From a virus, in IMG/VR virus record IMGVR_UViG_3300032316_000329, positions 64,001 to 128,000 of that record: DNA of 64,000 nt. One strand, given 5' to 3'. The notes below the pieces were generated by a model. It saw nothing but the letters and a program-made list of their open reading frames with translations, was not told the DNA's origin and did no database searches. The position numbers were made by a program, and so were the translations under genes. Position 1 is the stretch's first letter; the number at the start of each line of letters is the position of its first letter. Of this stretch, positions 19,477 through 29,067 are shown piece by piece.

Positions 19477-20033
19477 TGAAAGATTTGAAAGTCACATTAG
19501 ATTTAAATACAGAACAATGGTGGATTGAAAATATACAGGACTTCAATCCAATCACAGAAGTTTTGTTCAATGTTAAACAAATAAACAAAGAAACTGTTTT
19601 CAACAATCTGAAGTTCGGTTTTACTTTAAAACTCAATGATATCATCATACAATCAATTAGCGAACCATCTGAAGGAATAACATATATCTCTTCTGATCAA
19701 GATTACTTAAAATCAATACCTATTAATGTTATCTACAACAGAGAATACGTCATTGACTTGTGGGTAGAAAACGATGGTAAGAGATATGAAAAATCTCATT
19801 ATATTACAACTCCTAAACCGGAACAACCATTCAATTCTTGGACATGGAATGAACAGTATGAATACTGGGAAGCACCGATAGCAAAACCAGAAAATCAACC
19901 AACTTATGTTTGGAGTGAAGATTCTAAAATGTGGGTACCACCTTTGAATTTAGATATGAAAACACCTGAAAATGCTATATGGAATCCTTCAACCAATCAA
20001 TGGGAGATATTGCCTGATTATGATCTCACATGA
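19476..20033 (+). CDS. Fibre-associated protein with Trp repeats
   Basis: PKP..PF.SWTWNE...WEAP..P....Y.W.E...W motif commonly found beside Gly-rich phage adhesins. Confidence 0.65.
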   Translation: MKDLKVTLDLNTEQWWIENIQDFNPITEVLFNVKQINKETVFNNLKFGFTLKLNDIIIQSISEPSEGITYISSDQDYLKSIPINVIYNREYVIDLWVENDGKRYEKSHYITTPKPEQPFNSWTWNEQYEYWEAPIAKPENQPTYVWSEDSKMWVPPLNLDMKTPENAIWNPSTNQWEILPDYDLT

Positions 20034-20208
20034 TGCAAACACTACTTTTTTCTTAACCAAAGAAGAAGCACAAGAGAGATATAACATTTGTAAGCAATGT
20101 GATAGTTTTATACCTTTAACATCACAGTGTAAAGAATGTGGTTGTCTCATGAAAATAAAAGCAAAGATTAGAAATTCCGACTGTCCATTATCAAAATGGA
20201 AAAACTAA
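20020..20208 (+). CDS. Small Cys-rich (probable Zn-binding) protein
   Basis: ERY.IC..C....QCKECGC.M..K.....CP..KW; ATG 20020. Confidence 0.7.
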   Translation: MISHDANTTFFLTKEEAQERYNICKQCDSFIPLTSQCKECGCLMKIKAKIRNSDCPLSKWKN

Positions 20209-20232
20209 ATACTACAAACAAGTAGAGATTAA

Positions 20233-21237
20233 ATGGCAAAAATTAATTTTCCAAGTTCGCCAACTAATGGCCAAACATTCAATCAAAACGGAGTGTATTA
20301 TACATACGACTCTACTTTTGGTGCTTGGGTAACTGCTCTCGTTCCTAAACCTTTGGATAATAGCAGAAACACACAAATTATCTTTAATGATGCCACTTAT
20401 GCCAATGGTTCTAACGGTATGACTTTTAGTAAGTCTGCCAATACGGCATACCTTGCCAATGTAGCAGTTACACAGAATGTTTATGCCAACTATTTTATAG
20501 GTAATGGTGCCGCACTAACAGGTATTGTTACAGACTTTTCGCCAGCTTATAATACCGCTAATGGTGCCTATAATGTTGCCAATGGTGCCTATACGACCGC
20601 TAACGGTGGATATAATGTTGCCAATGCGGCCTTTGGCAGGGCCAACACCGCATTACAGAACACCTCAGGTACCGTATTTACTGGAAATTTCTTTGTTGCC
20701 AATAGCGTTGGTGTTGGTAGATCAACCACTGGTTATGCTCTTGATGTTGTTGGTACAGTTAATGCTTCGGCACTACTTATTAACGGAGCAGCCTTATCAG
20801 GTGGTGCCACTGTTTCCGATCAAACAACTTCCGCATCAACATTCTATCCTGTAATTACAACCACAACTAGTGGTACAATGTCTGTTGCGAATGTTTCAAC
20901 TACCAAACTCTACTTCGTTCCATCTACCGGTACATTATCAGCAACGGTGTTCAACTCATTATCCGATATCACATTAAAGACTGATATTGAAGAGATTAAC
21001 GGAATAGAACTAATAAATAAGATAAACCCAATAGGTTTCAGATGGAAAGAGAATGGCACAAAGTCTTATGGTGTTATTGCTCAGGAACTGGAACAAGTAT
21101 TGCCGGAGTTGGTTCAGACCAATGAAGGCCTTAAATCGGTTTCTTATACTCCTATGATTGCTATGTTGATTGATACTGTTAAGAAACAAGAAAAACGAAT
21201 AGAAAAACTTGAACAATTATTAAGTAATCAAAAGTAA
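20233..21237 (+). CDS. Tail fibre with C-terminal intramolecular chaperone (peptidase S74)
   Basis: FPSSPTNGQ N-terminus; SD..LK.DI...F.WK...YGVIAQELE.VLPELV..V.Y..M...L..K; late promoter CTAAATA 20205-20211. Confidence 0.85.
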   Translation: MAKINFPSSPTNGQTFNQNGVYYTYDSTFGAWVTALVPKPLDNSRNTQIIFNDATYANGSNGMTFSKSANTAYLANVAVTQNVYANYFIGNGAALTGIVTDFSPAYNTANGAYNVANGAYTTANGGYNVANAAFGRANTALQNTSGTVFTGNFFVANSVGVGRSTTGYALDVVGTVNASALLINGAALSGGATVSDQTTSASTFYPVITTTTSGTMSVANVSTTKLYFVPSTGTLSATVFNSLSDITLKTDIEEINGIELINKINPIGFRWKENGTKSYGVIAQELEQVLPELVQTNEGLKSVSYTPMIAMLIDTVKKQEKRIEKLEQLLSNQK

Positions 21238-21248
21238 CGGAATAAGAT

Positions 21249-22406
21249 ATGCCAAATTTTAATAGTCCAGAAGGCGAACTAACTGATCTGTTTATGACGG
21301 ATGTAAGTATCCTGGATAGTTTTGTTGGTAATGAGTTGTGGGGATGGGGACGTAATGGTTATGGACAACTTGGTGACAACACAAGAACCAAAAGATCCTC
21401 ACCAGTCCAGACCGTATCTGGTGGAACCAACTGGAAGTTCGTTGCTTGTGGTTTTAATTACACCACTACCATTAAAACAGATGGAACGTTGTGGTCGTGG
21501 GGAGGAAATAGTTATGGTCAACTAGGTGATAACTCCAGAACCCATAGATCCTCTCCAGTCCAAACTGTATCTGGTGGTACCAATTGGAAACTAGTTGCTT
21601 GTGGTAGTTATCACACCACTGCCATTAAAACAGATGGTACCCTTTGGACCTGGGGTCAGAGTATTTATGGTCAACTAGGTGATAACTCAACAAACAATAG
21701 ATCCTCACCAGTCCAGACCGTATCTGCTGGTACAAATTGGAAACAAGTTGCTGGTGGTTTCAATCACACCACTGCCATTAAAACAGATGGTACATTATGG
21801 ACATGGGGAGGTAATGGTTATGGTCAACTAGGTGATAACTCAACAACCAGTAGATCCTCACCAGTTCAGACCGTATCTGCTGGTACCAATTGGAAACAGG
21901 TTGCTTGTGGTCAACACACTGCCGCCATCAAAACAGATGGTACATTATGGTTGTGGGGACGTAATGAATACGGTGCACTAGGTGATAATACAACAACCAA
22001 TAGATCCTCACCAGTCCAAACCGTATCTGGTGGAACCAACTGGAAACAAGTTGCTGGTGGTATTTACCACACCGCTGCCATTAAGACTGATGGAACCCTT
22101 TGGACCTGGGGATATAATACTGACGGTCAACTAGGTGACAATACAACAACCGATAGATCCTCACCAGTCCAAACCGTATCTGGTGGTACCAACTGGAAAC
22201 AGGTTGCTGGTGGTCGGTTTAACACTGCTGCCATTAAAACTGATGGTACATTGTGGGGATGGGGACGTAATACTGACGGTCAACTAGGTGATAACTCCAT
22301 AACCCATAGATCCTCACCGGTCCAGACTGTATCTAGTGGAACCAACTGGAAACTGGTTGCTGGTGGTAGTTATCACACTGCTGCCGTAACCTATACAGAA
22401 TCATAA
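21249..22406 (+). CDS. RCC1/BLIP-II-like 7-repeat beta-propeller protein A
   Basis: Seven ~51-aa repeats LW.WG.N..GQLGDN....RSSPVQTVS.GTNWK.VA.G..HT.AIKTDGT. Confidence 0.9.
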   Translation: MPNFNSPEGELTDLFMTDVSILDSFVGNELWGWGRNGYGQLGDNTRTKRSSPVQTVSGGTNWKFVACGFNYTTTIKTDGTLWSWGGNSYGQLGDNSRTHRSSPVQTVSGGTNWKLVACGSYHTTAIKTDGTLWTWGQSIYGQLGDNSTNNRSSPVQTVSAGTNWKQVAGGFNHTTAIKTDGTLWTWGGNGYGQLGDNSTTSRSSPVQTVSAGTNWKQVACGQHTAAIKTDGTLWLWGRNEYGALGDNTTTNRSSPVQTVSGGTNWKQVAGGIYHTAAIKTDGTLWTWGYNTDGQLGDNTTTDRSSPVQTVSGGTNWKQVAGGRFNTAAIKTDGTLWGWGRNTDGQLGDNSITHRSSPVQTVSSGTNWKLVAGGSYHTAAVTYTES

Positions 22407-22423
22407 TAAGAGGAAACAAAAAG

Positions 22424-23089
22424 ATGTTTGTAATCGTTCAAGACAATTTTGTAATAGATGGACCAAGGGATTGGAACAAGAAGAAGTTTGAAGAAGTTCT
22501 TTTAGAAGATTGTGAAGTAGATTTCACACTTGAAACCAGAAACGAATCCAACCTTCCAATCGTTGTTTCCGACACTGTTAAGATTCTTCCGGTAACCAAA
22601 CTTCCTGATCCAGTATTTAATTCCAAGACACAGATTCTTCAAGGGCCATTCTGGAACCTATCAGACACATTGGCCGAAGAATATTACACCGCGCAAGATA
22701 TGCCAGTGGATGCTGTTAAGAACTTTCTTACCTCTATTGTTGCTAATGCTCGGTATATTAAAGAAACTGCTGGTATTAAAATGACTATTCAAGGAACTCA
22801 GGTTTCTGTTGATACTGCTCGTGGTTCAAGAGATATATTCTTTCAGGCATTTTTATCTATTGGTGAAACTGAAACAATGAACTGGAAGTTTCCTGAGACC
22901 TGGTTAGAACTCACAAAGAGTGATCTGGGTTTGATTGTTTCTGCGGGTCGTAACCATATTCAGACATCTTTTGATTGGGAGAATGGTTGGGTCAATAGAG
23001 TTAGTGCTGCTGTTACATTGAATGATCTTAATACACTTTATAATGAACTGGAAGCGGAATTAAAACCACAGACAAATCCAACAGTATAA
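22424..23089 (+). CDS. Tail-fibre-associated protein (DUF4376-like C-terminus)
   Basis: VA.ARY.KE..G......V.T.R.SR....NWKF...W..LT..DL..I......HIQ..FDWE. Confidence 0.7.
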   Translation: MFVIVQDNFVIDGPRDWNKKKFEEVLLEDCEVDFTLETRNESNLPIVVSDTVKILPVTKLPDPVFNSKTQILQGPFWNLSDTLAEEYYTAQDMPVDAVKNFLTSIVANARYIKETAGIKMTIQGTQVSVDTARGSRDIFFQAFLSIGETETMNWKFPETWLELTKSDLGLIVSAGRNHIQTSFDWENGWVNRVSAAVTLNDLNTLYNELEAELKPQTNPTV

Positions 23090-23098
23090 GGTCGTATA

Positions 23099-24316
23099 AT
23101 GGCATATGGTTCAAATACAAATTATACTATTAGTGGTGTTGATGTAGGTAGACAACTTGTAACTAAAAGTTACTTGATTGATGTTTATCCATCTTTGGTT
23201 GGTACGTTTAAACAGGCAGGGTTATGGACCTGGGGGCGTAATGGTGCCGGTCAACTAGGTGACAATACAACAACCGGTAGATCATCTCCAGTTCAAACTG
23301 TATCTGGTGGTACAAATTGGAAACTGGTTGCTGGTGGTGGTTATCACACTGCTGCCATTAAGACTGATGGAACCCTATGGACCTGGGGAGGTAATTCTTA
23401 CGGTGCACTAGGCGACAATTCAACAAACTTTAGATCCTCACCAGTCCAGACTGTATCTGCTGGTACAAATTGGAAACAGGTTGCTTGTGGTTTTTTTCAC
23501 ACTGCTGCTATTAAGACTGATGGAACGTTATGGTTATGGGGAGATAATAGAAACGGTCAACTAGGTGACAATACAACAGCCCATAGATCCTCTCCAGTCC
23601 AAACTGTATCTAGTGGAACTAACTGGAAACTGGTTGCTAGTGGTCGTTATCACACCGCTGCCATTAAAACCGACGGAACCCTTTGGACCTGGGGAGCTAA
23701 TTATTCCGGTCAACTAGGTGACAATTCAACAAACCGTAAATCCTCACCAGTCCAGACCGTATCTGGAGGAACCAACTGGAAACTGGTTGCTTGTGGTGGT
23801 TTTCACAATGCTGCCATTAAAACTGATGGAACCCTTTGGACCTGGGGAGCTAATTATGCCGGTAATCTAGGTGATAACTCAATAACCAGTAAATCCTCAC
23901 CAGTCCAAACCGTATCTACTGGTACAAATTGGAAACTGGTTGCTGGTGGTAGTAGTCACACCTCTGCCATTAAGACTGATGGAACCCTATGGACCTGGGG
24001 ACATAATGGTTACGGTACACTAGGTGATAACTCCAGAACCCATAGATCCTCACCAGTCCAGACCGTATCTGGAGGAACCAACTGGAAACTGGTTGCTTGT
24101 GGTGGTTTTCACAATGCTGCCATTAAGACTGATGGAACCCTTTGGACCTGGGGATTTAATGCTTACGGTGCACTAGGTGATAACTCCGAAACCCGTAGAT
24201 CCTCACCAGTCCAAACCGTATCTGGTGGAACCAACTGGAAACAAGTTGCTGTTGGTGGTTATTACACTGCCTGTATCCGTGACGATTCAGCAGACATTTT
24301 CGGAAACACTATATGA
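23099..24316 (+). CDS. RCC1/BLIP-II-like 7-repeat beta-propeller protein B
   Basis: Seven 51-aa repeats as in protein A; distinct N-terminal leader. Confidence 0.9.
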   Translation: MAYGSNTNYTISGVDVGRQLVTKSYLIDVYPSLVGTFKQAGLWTWGRNGAGQLGDNTTTGRSSPVQTVSGGTNWKLVAGGGYHTAAIKTDGTLWTWGGNSYGALGDNSTNFRSSPVQTVSAGTNWKQVACGFFHTAAIKTDGTLWLWGDNRNGQLGDNTTAHRSSPVQTVSSGTNWKLVASGRYHTAAIKTDGTLWTWGANYSGQLGDNSTNRKSSPVQTVSGGTNWKLVACGGFHNAAIKTDGTLWTWGANYAGNLGDNSITSKSSPVQTVSTGTNWKLVAGGSSHTSAIKTDGTLWTWGHNGYGTLGDNSRTHRSSPVQTVSGGTNWKLVACGGFHNAAIKTDGTLWTWGFNAYGALGDNSETRRSSPVQTVSGGTNWKQVAVGGYYTACIRDDSADIFGNTI

Positions 24317-24819
24317 TCCATCCTCTTGTGAAGATTATAACCATTGATGGTTTTTTTAGTCAAGAAGAGGCCACCAGATTAGGTGAAATAACCAGAAACC
24401 TTCAATACACTCAAAACCAATTAGGTCAAGAGATAGAACATTTCAATATGGTTCCAGAAAACGCCAATGAAATGTTCTCTTTCATTCTAAATACAAAGAT
24501 AGAGGTGGATGAAGATCGTTCAGGTATATTCAGAAAGCCAGAGTTATTCATACACTTTGAGGAATTTGATACTCTTGATGAATGGGTTTTTGTTTGTGTT
24601 CTGGAACATACTATGTTTAATATATATCAGCACGAAAGCGGTGCCAAGAGTGCTTTGGATGGGTATCAGTTTAATTACAGGAACCTTATGGAATGGGGTT
24701 CTAATACAAAAGTTTCCTATGAACTATTGCCTGGAGAAGGCGTTCTGTTTAGACCGTGGTTGTTTCATTCGTTTAGTGGTGGTTTAATTCAGATATTCAG
24801 ATTAAAAGAGAGAGAATAG
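24313..24819 (+). CDS. Putative 2OG-Fe(II) oxygenase-like protein (DUF6445-like)
   Basis: IID.FF..FIHFE..H..SG....W...GVLFRPWLFHS. Confidence 0.6.
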   Translation: MIHPLVKIITIDGFFSQEEATRLGEITRNLQYTQNQLGQEIEHFNMVPENANEMFSFILNTKIEVDEDRSGIFRKPELFIHFEEFDTLDEWVFVCVLEHTMFNIYQHESGAKSALDGYQFNYRNLMEWGSNTKVSYELLPGEGVLFRPWLFHSFSGGLIQIFRLKERE

Positions 24820-25971
24820 ATGCCAACTTTTTATCAGGTTAACGGTGTATCGTTTGATGATCTGTTTGTAAGAAATGATTCATTCACAGAAGGTGGGTTG
24901 TGGACCTGGGGAAATAATGGTCTGGGTGAATTAGGTGATAACTCCAGAACCCATAGATCATCTCCAGTCCAAACCGTATCTGCTGGTACAAATTGGAAAC
25001 AGGTTGCTGGTGGTGGTAATCACACCGCTGCCATTAAAACTGATGGAACATTATGGTTATGGGGTAGTAATTTTTTTGGCCGATTAGGTGACAATACACA
25101 AACCGATAGATCCTCACCAGTTCAAACTGTATCTGCTGGTACAAATTGGAAACAGGTTGCTTGTGGTGGTACTCATACCGCTGCCATTAAGACTGACGGA
25201 ACCCTATGGACATGGGGACGTAATTATAATGGCCGATTAGGTGACAATACAACAACCGATACAACCTCACCAGTCCAAACCGTATCTGCTGGTACAAATT
25301 GGAAACAGGTTGCTTGTGGTGGTAATCACACCGCTGCCATTAAGACTGATGGAACCCTTTGGACCTGGGGACGTAATACTAACGGTCAACTAGGTGATAA
25401 CTCTTTAACCCATAGATCCTCACCAGTTCAAACTGTATCTGGAGGAACCAATTGGAAACAAGTTGCTGGTGGCGATAGTCATACTGCTGCCGTTAAAACT
25501 GATGGAACATTATGGATGTGGGGAGGCAATAGTTATGGTCAACTAGGTGATAACTCTTTAACCCATAGATCCTCACCAGTTCAAACTGTATCTGCTGGTA
25601 CAAATTGGAAGTTTGTTGCCAGTGGATATTATGCACATACTGCTGCCATTAAGACTGATGGAACCCTATGGACATGGGGACGTAATAATTTCGGTCAACT
25701 AGGTGATAACTCTTTAACCCATAGATCCTCACCAGTTCAAACTGTATCTGGTGGTGCCAATTGGAAACAAGTTTCTTGTGGTCGTTTTTACACAACTACC
25801 ATTAAAACTGATGGAACCCTGTGGACATGGGGACGTAATAGTTATGGTCAACTAGGTGATAATACAACAACCGGTAGATCATCACCAGTCCAAACCGTAT
25901 CTGCTGGTACAAATTGGAAACTAGTTGCTTGTGGCACTTATTTTACCGTCTCCATCCGAGATCAGTGGTAA
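24820..25971 (+). CDS. RCC1/BLIP-II-like 7-repeat beta-propeller protein C
   Basis: Seven ~51-aa repeats as in protein A. Confidence 0.9.
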   Translation: MPTFYQVNGVSFDDLFVRNDSFTEGGLWTWGNNGLGELGDNSRTHRSSPVQTVSAGTNWKQVAGGGNHTAAIKTDGTLWLWGSNFFGRLGDNTQTDRSSPVQTVSAGTNWKQVACGGTHTAAIKTDGTLWTWGRNYNGRLGDNTTTDTTSPVQTVSAGTNWKQVACGGNHTAAIKTDGTLWTWGRNTNGQLGDNSLTHRSSPVQTVSGGTNWKQVAGGDSHTAAVKTDGTLWMWGGNSYGQLGDNSLTHRSSPVQTVSAGTNWKFVASGYYAHTAAIKTDGTLWTWGRNNFGQLGDNSLTHRSSPVQTVSGGANWKQVSCGRFYTTTIKTDGTLWTWGRNSYGQLGDNTTTGRSSPVQTVSAGTNWKLVACGTYFTVSIRDQW

Positions 25972-25980
25972 TTTACAAGA

Positions 25981-25987
25981 CTAAATA
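25981..25987 (+). promoter_or_regulatory. Late promoter heading the modification-enzyme operon
   Basis: Intergenic CTAAATA. Confidence 0.6.
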
Positions 25988-26020
25988 CCAAAGTTAGACA
26001 ATTATTTTATGAGGGTTGTT

Positions 26021-26566
26021 ATGATAAAGTTGAACCTTGGTTCTGGTTACAAACATATTGATGGTTATCTAAATATTGATTCGGATCCAAAGTGTAATCC
26101 AGATCACTTACTAAACCTTGAAACCGACAGACTTCCCTTTGATGATAACACGGTAGACGAAGTTCTCTGCCACCATATTCTAGAACACATTGGTGATGGT
26201 TTCATTCATTTAATGAAAGAAATCTACCGAGTTTGTAAAAACGGTGCTATACTAGACATAGCAGTTCCACATCCCAGGCACGATGTTTTCCTCATAGACC
26301 CCACTCATAAACGGCCAATCTACTCTGATACTATTGATATGTTCTCTAAAAAAAGGAACCAAAAAACTATTGAAAATAAAGGTATGGAAACAACTCTTGG
26401 TATAATGAATGACATTGACATAGAAGTATTTGCCACTGACTATGTTCTTGATGAATACTATCAAAAACTCTTTCAAACATTACCAAACGAACAATGTGAT
26501 ATAATTGCTCGGTCTTATAATAATGTTATTATTGAAATCCTAATCAAGGCAATGGTGAATAAGTGA
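26021..26566 (+). CDS. SAM-dependent methyltransferase (type 11-like)
   Basis: KLNLGSG..GYLNID..LPFDDN.VDE....HILEH..KEIYRV.K.G...I.VP..DPTH; ATG after GAGG. Confidence 0.85.
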   Translation: MIKLNLGSGYKHIDGYLNIDSDPKCNPDHLLNLETDRLPFDDNTVDEVLCHHILEHIGDGFIHLMKEIYRVCKNGAILDIAVPHPRHDVFLIDPTHKRPIYSDTIDMFSKKRNQKTIENKGMETTLGIMNDIDIEVFATDYVLDEYYQKLFQTLPNEQCDIIARSYNNVIIEILIKAMVNK

Positions 26567-27885
26567 CAGTAGAATATCCAAACTGTGATCCTCTCGGAAC
26601 TGCCAAGTTTTTTATCAATTTAAAACAACCTGAAAAGGCCAAAGTTTCCCTTGATCAAGTAAAACCATATTGTCAGACAGTTCAACAGTTAGATGCTATT
26701 GGCAAACTCTATGCTGATTGTAGAGAATGGAATGATTCTCTTGAAATTGCCAAGAAGATTCATTCCCTACTTCCAAACAATCAATCCAAATATGATATTA
26801 GAACAAATATTGTTCGTTCTTTACTCAATTTAAACAATCCAGAAGAAGCACTAATTTATATCAATATGAATGAAAAGGTGAATCCAAACGATCATCCTAA
26901 TCGTATGGATAAAGCAATGGCTTTATTTCTACTAAACAAAAAAATAGAAGCCGAAGCAATACTGCGACAAATATTAGAAGAACCACATAATGATGATATT
27001 GACACAAGAGTAAAATTTAATCTAGGAACCTATGACATTAGAAATGGTAATTTTAAAGATGGTATCAAAAATTTTCTTCTTCACGGTAGAAAGTTAAATA
27101 TATGGGAGTCATATACTCTTCCGAAAAATAATTATTGGAAAGGCGATATACAACCTGGTAAAACTATTCTGATGTGTCACGATGGTGGTATTGGTGATGA
27201 AATAATCAATATAAGGTTTCAGAAACACATTAAAAAACTTGGTATGAATCCTATTTGGTTTACAGCAAGAAAAGACCTGGCTAAAGTCTTTGAAAGAAAT
27301 GGATTTACTGTAACAACAAATCCTAATGATTATAAATCTGATTGGTTGTGGTATTATTCAATGACTTCGCCAGTATTGCTTGATGTTGATGAGAATGACT
27401 TGTGGGATGGTCCTTATATAGAACCAATCAGAAAAGCAGAGAAACTTTCTGGTAAATTAAAGATCGGCCTAAAATGTGTTGGTAATCCAAAATATGATCA
27501 GGATCTAAACAGAACAGTTCCCTATAAAGAAGTTCTTGATATTTTACCAAAAGATGCGACGGTCTATTCATTTCATATTGACGAAGATATTGATGATCCT
27601 AGATTGATATCTCTTAAAGATAAGATCAAAACTTGGGACGATACGCTTGACTTTATAGATCAAATGGACTATATGATATCTAGTTGTACCTCAACAGCAC
27701 ACGCGGCATCTGCTATGGGTAAAAAGACTTTTGTTATGGTTCCTATCCTTAATTATTACCTTTGGGCAAAACCAGAAAACCACTCAAAGTGGTATTCGGA
27801 AAATACCAGAATAATCAGACAAACAACATATAAAAATTGGTATGATCCGATCAAAGAGTTGAAAGAACTCCTCAATGGTCAATAG
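26563..27885 (+). CDS. TPR-containing GT-B glycosyltransferase (GT9/heptosyltransferase-like; FlmG/FlbA-type architecture)
   Basis: Helical TPR-like N-half; W.G...GKTIL...GGIGD.I..R and D..IS.CTS.AH.A.AMGK.T.V...W..SKWY...R..RQ...W motifs. Confidence 0.8.
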   Translation: MTVEYPNCDPLGTAKFFINLKQPEKAKVSLDQVKPYCQTVQQLDAIGKLYADCREWNDSLEIAKKIHSLLPNNQSKYDIRTNIVRSLLNLNNPEEALIYINMNEKVNPNDHPNRMDKAMALFLLNKKIEAEAILRQILEEPHNDDIDTRVKFNLGTYDIRNGNFKDGIKNFLLHGRKLNIWESYTLPKNNYWKGDIQPGKTILMCHDGGIGDEIINIRFQKHIKKLGMNPIWFTARKDLAKVFERNGFTVTTNPNDYKSDWLWYYSMTSPVLLDVDENDLWDGPYIEPIRKAEKLSGKLKIGLKCVGNPKYDQDLNRTVPYKEVLDILPKDATVYSFHIDEDIDDPRLISLKDKIKTWDDTLDFIDQMDYMISSCTSTAHAASAMGKKTFVMVPILNYYLWAKPENHSKWYSENTRIIRQTTYKNWYDPIKELKELLNGQ

Positions 27886-28240
27886 AATTGTCAATTCGGT
27901 CAATATTAATTTAACTTCCATATCAACGAATGAACCGATTTCGGATGTTCCTTGTGGTTCGTGTAATATGTGTTGTAAGTTGTTATCACCTTTTCTCACA
28001 ACCGAAGAGATTGCTTCTGGTAAATATCCATTAAGTATAATTAACCCTTCTAATACAAACGAAGGGCCAACGGTGGTTTTGTTTAGAAATATAGAGGGTG
28101 GTTGTGGTATGTTAATAGATAATAAGTGTTCTATCTATGATGATAGACCTATTGCTTGTCGGCAATTTGATTGTCGCAGAGGTCATCATCCAAAAACAAA
28201 TATTGTGGCTAAAGAAAAGTTTGGAATTGATATACAATGA
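27875..28240 (+). CDS. YkgJ-family Cys-cluster (Zn/Fe-chelating) protein
   Basis: PC..C..CC....C..L....CSIY..RP..CR.FDC. Confidence 0.8.
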   Translation: MVNRIVNSVNINLTSISTNEPISDVPCGSCNMCCKLLSPFLTTEEIASGKYPLSIINPSNTNEGPTVVLFRNIEGGCGMLIDNKCSIYDDRPIACRQFDCRRGHHPKTNIVAKEKFGIDIQ

Positions 28241-29067
28241 AACACGGAAAAACAGCTGTCTATACAATCCTCAAAAACGAAAAAAAATATATTGAAAAAT
28301 GGTTATACTATGCCAATCCTTTTGACTATAAGGTTCTTCTTGACACGGGATCAACCGATGGTTCTTGGGAACTATTACAAGAATATGCCTCAAAAGATCC
28401 TAAACTAATCATTGAACAAAAAACCTTCGATCCATGGCGGTTTGATACAGCAAGAAACTATAATCTCAACATGGTACCAGAAGAAGTCGTCTGGTGCCTC
28501 TCTCCTGACTTGGACGAGTATTATTCCATCAATACACACGATGAAATGGAAGTTATTATATCTGCTGTTCCTGATATTACTTGTATTGCTTCCGATAGAT
28601 TAGATATTTATTCCCGTGTTGTTCGTGTCGGGCCTCCAAATCTACAAGCAACTAACAAGATTCACAGAAGGCACGATTATATCTGGAAAGAAAGAATCTA
28701 CGAACACATCTCCTGGAAACATGGTGGGTATGAGAAAGAATTATATTCTGATGATATCTTTCTGGTTCATGATCAAGACTTTAAAAAGAAAGAGAGATCA
28801 GAACTCTATATCAGACTAATGGAAGAGGAATGGGCCGAGAATCCTAAAAACTCATGGAATAATTGGTTTCTTCTTTATCATTACTTTAAGTCACAACAAC
28901 TGGAAAAGTATATTCCTGTTGCTTGTAATTACTTGCTATTTCACACAAAAAAACAAGATAAGAACTATGAGGATGTTACTAATACTCTAAAAGGAATTTT
29001 AGCGAGAGAGAAGATATCCGATCAACATAAACATTTAATTGTTGAAGCATTGAAGGTTGCTAGATGA
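28237..29067 (+). CDS. Glycosyltransferase family 2
   Basis: VY.I.KNE...DTGSTDG..PWRFD.ARN..L...CLS.DLDE (DxD). Confidence 0.85.
   Translation: MKHGKTAVYTILKNEKKYIEKWLYYANPFDYKVLLDTGSTDGSWELLQEYASKDPKLIIEQKTFDPWRFDTARNYNLNMVPEEVVWCLSPDLDEYYSINTHDEMEVIISAVPDITCIASDRLDIYSRVVRVGPPNLQATNKIHRRHDYIWKERIYEHISWKHGGYEKELYSDDIFLVHDQDFKKKERSELYIRLMEEEWAENPKNSWNNWFLLYHYFKSQQLEKYIPVACNYLLFHTKKQDKNYEDVTNTLKGILAREKISDQHKHLIVEALKVAR

Larger units (their letters stand above)
21336..25960 (+). repeat. 21 copies of a ~153-bp RCC1 repeat unit spread over three genes
   Basis: Near-identical DNA framework (e.g. AGATCCTCACCAGTCCARACYGTATCT, ACHAAYTGGAAA) in arrays at ~21336-22390, ~23222-24280 and ~24898-25960. 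Confidence 0.95.

Noticed and set aside
21336-25960. CRISPR array
   Set aside because: The units are ~153-bp in-frame coding repeats, with no repeat-spacer structure and no cas genes.
21249-25971. Complete diversity-generating retroelement
   Set aside because: No reverse transcriptase, Avd-like gene or non-coding template repeat in the window; some framework variation (GAT/GAC, GTC/GTT) is not adenine-anchored. Kept only as a hypothesis.
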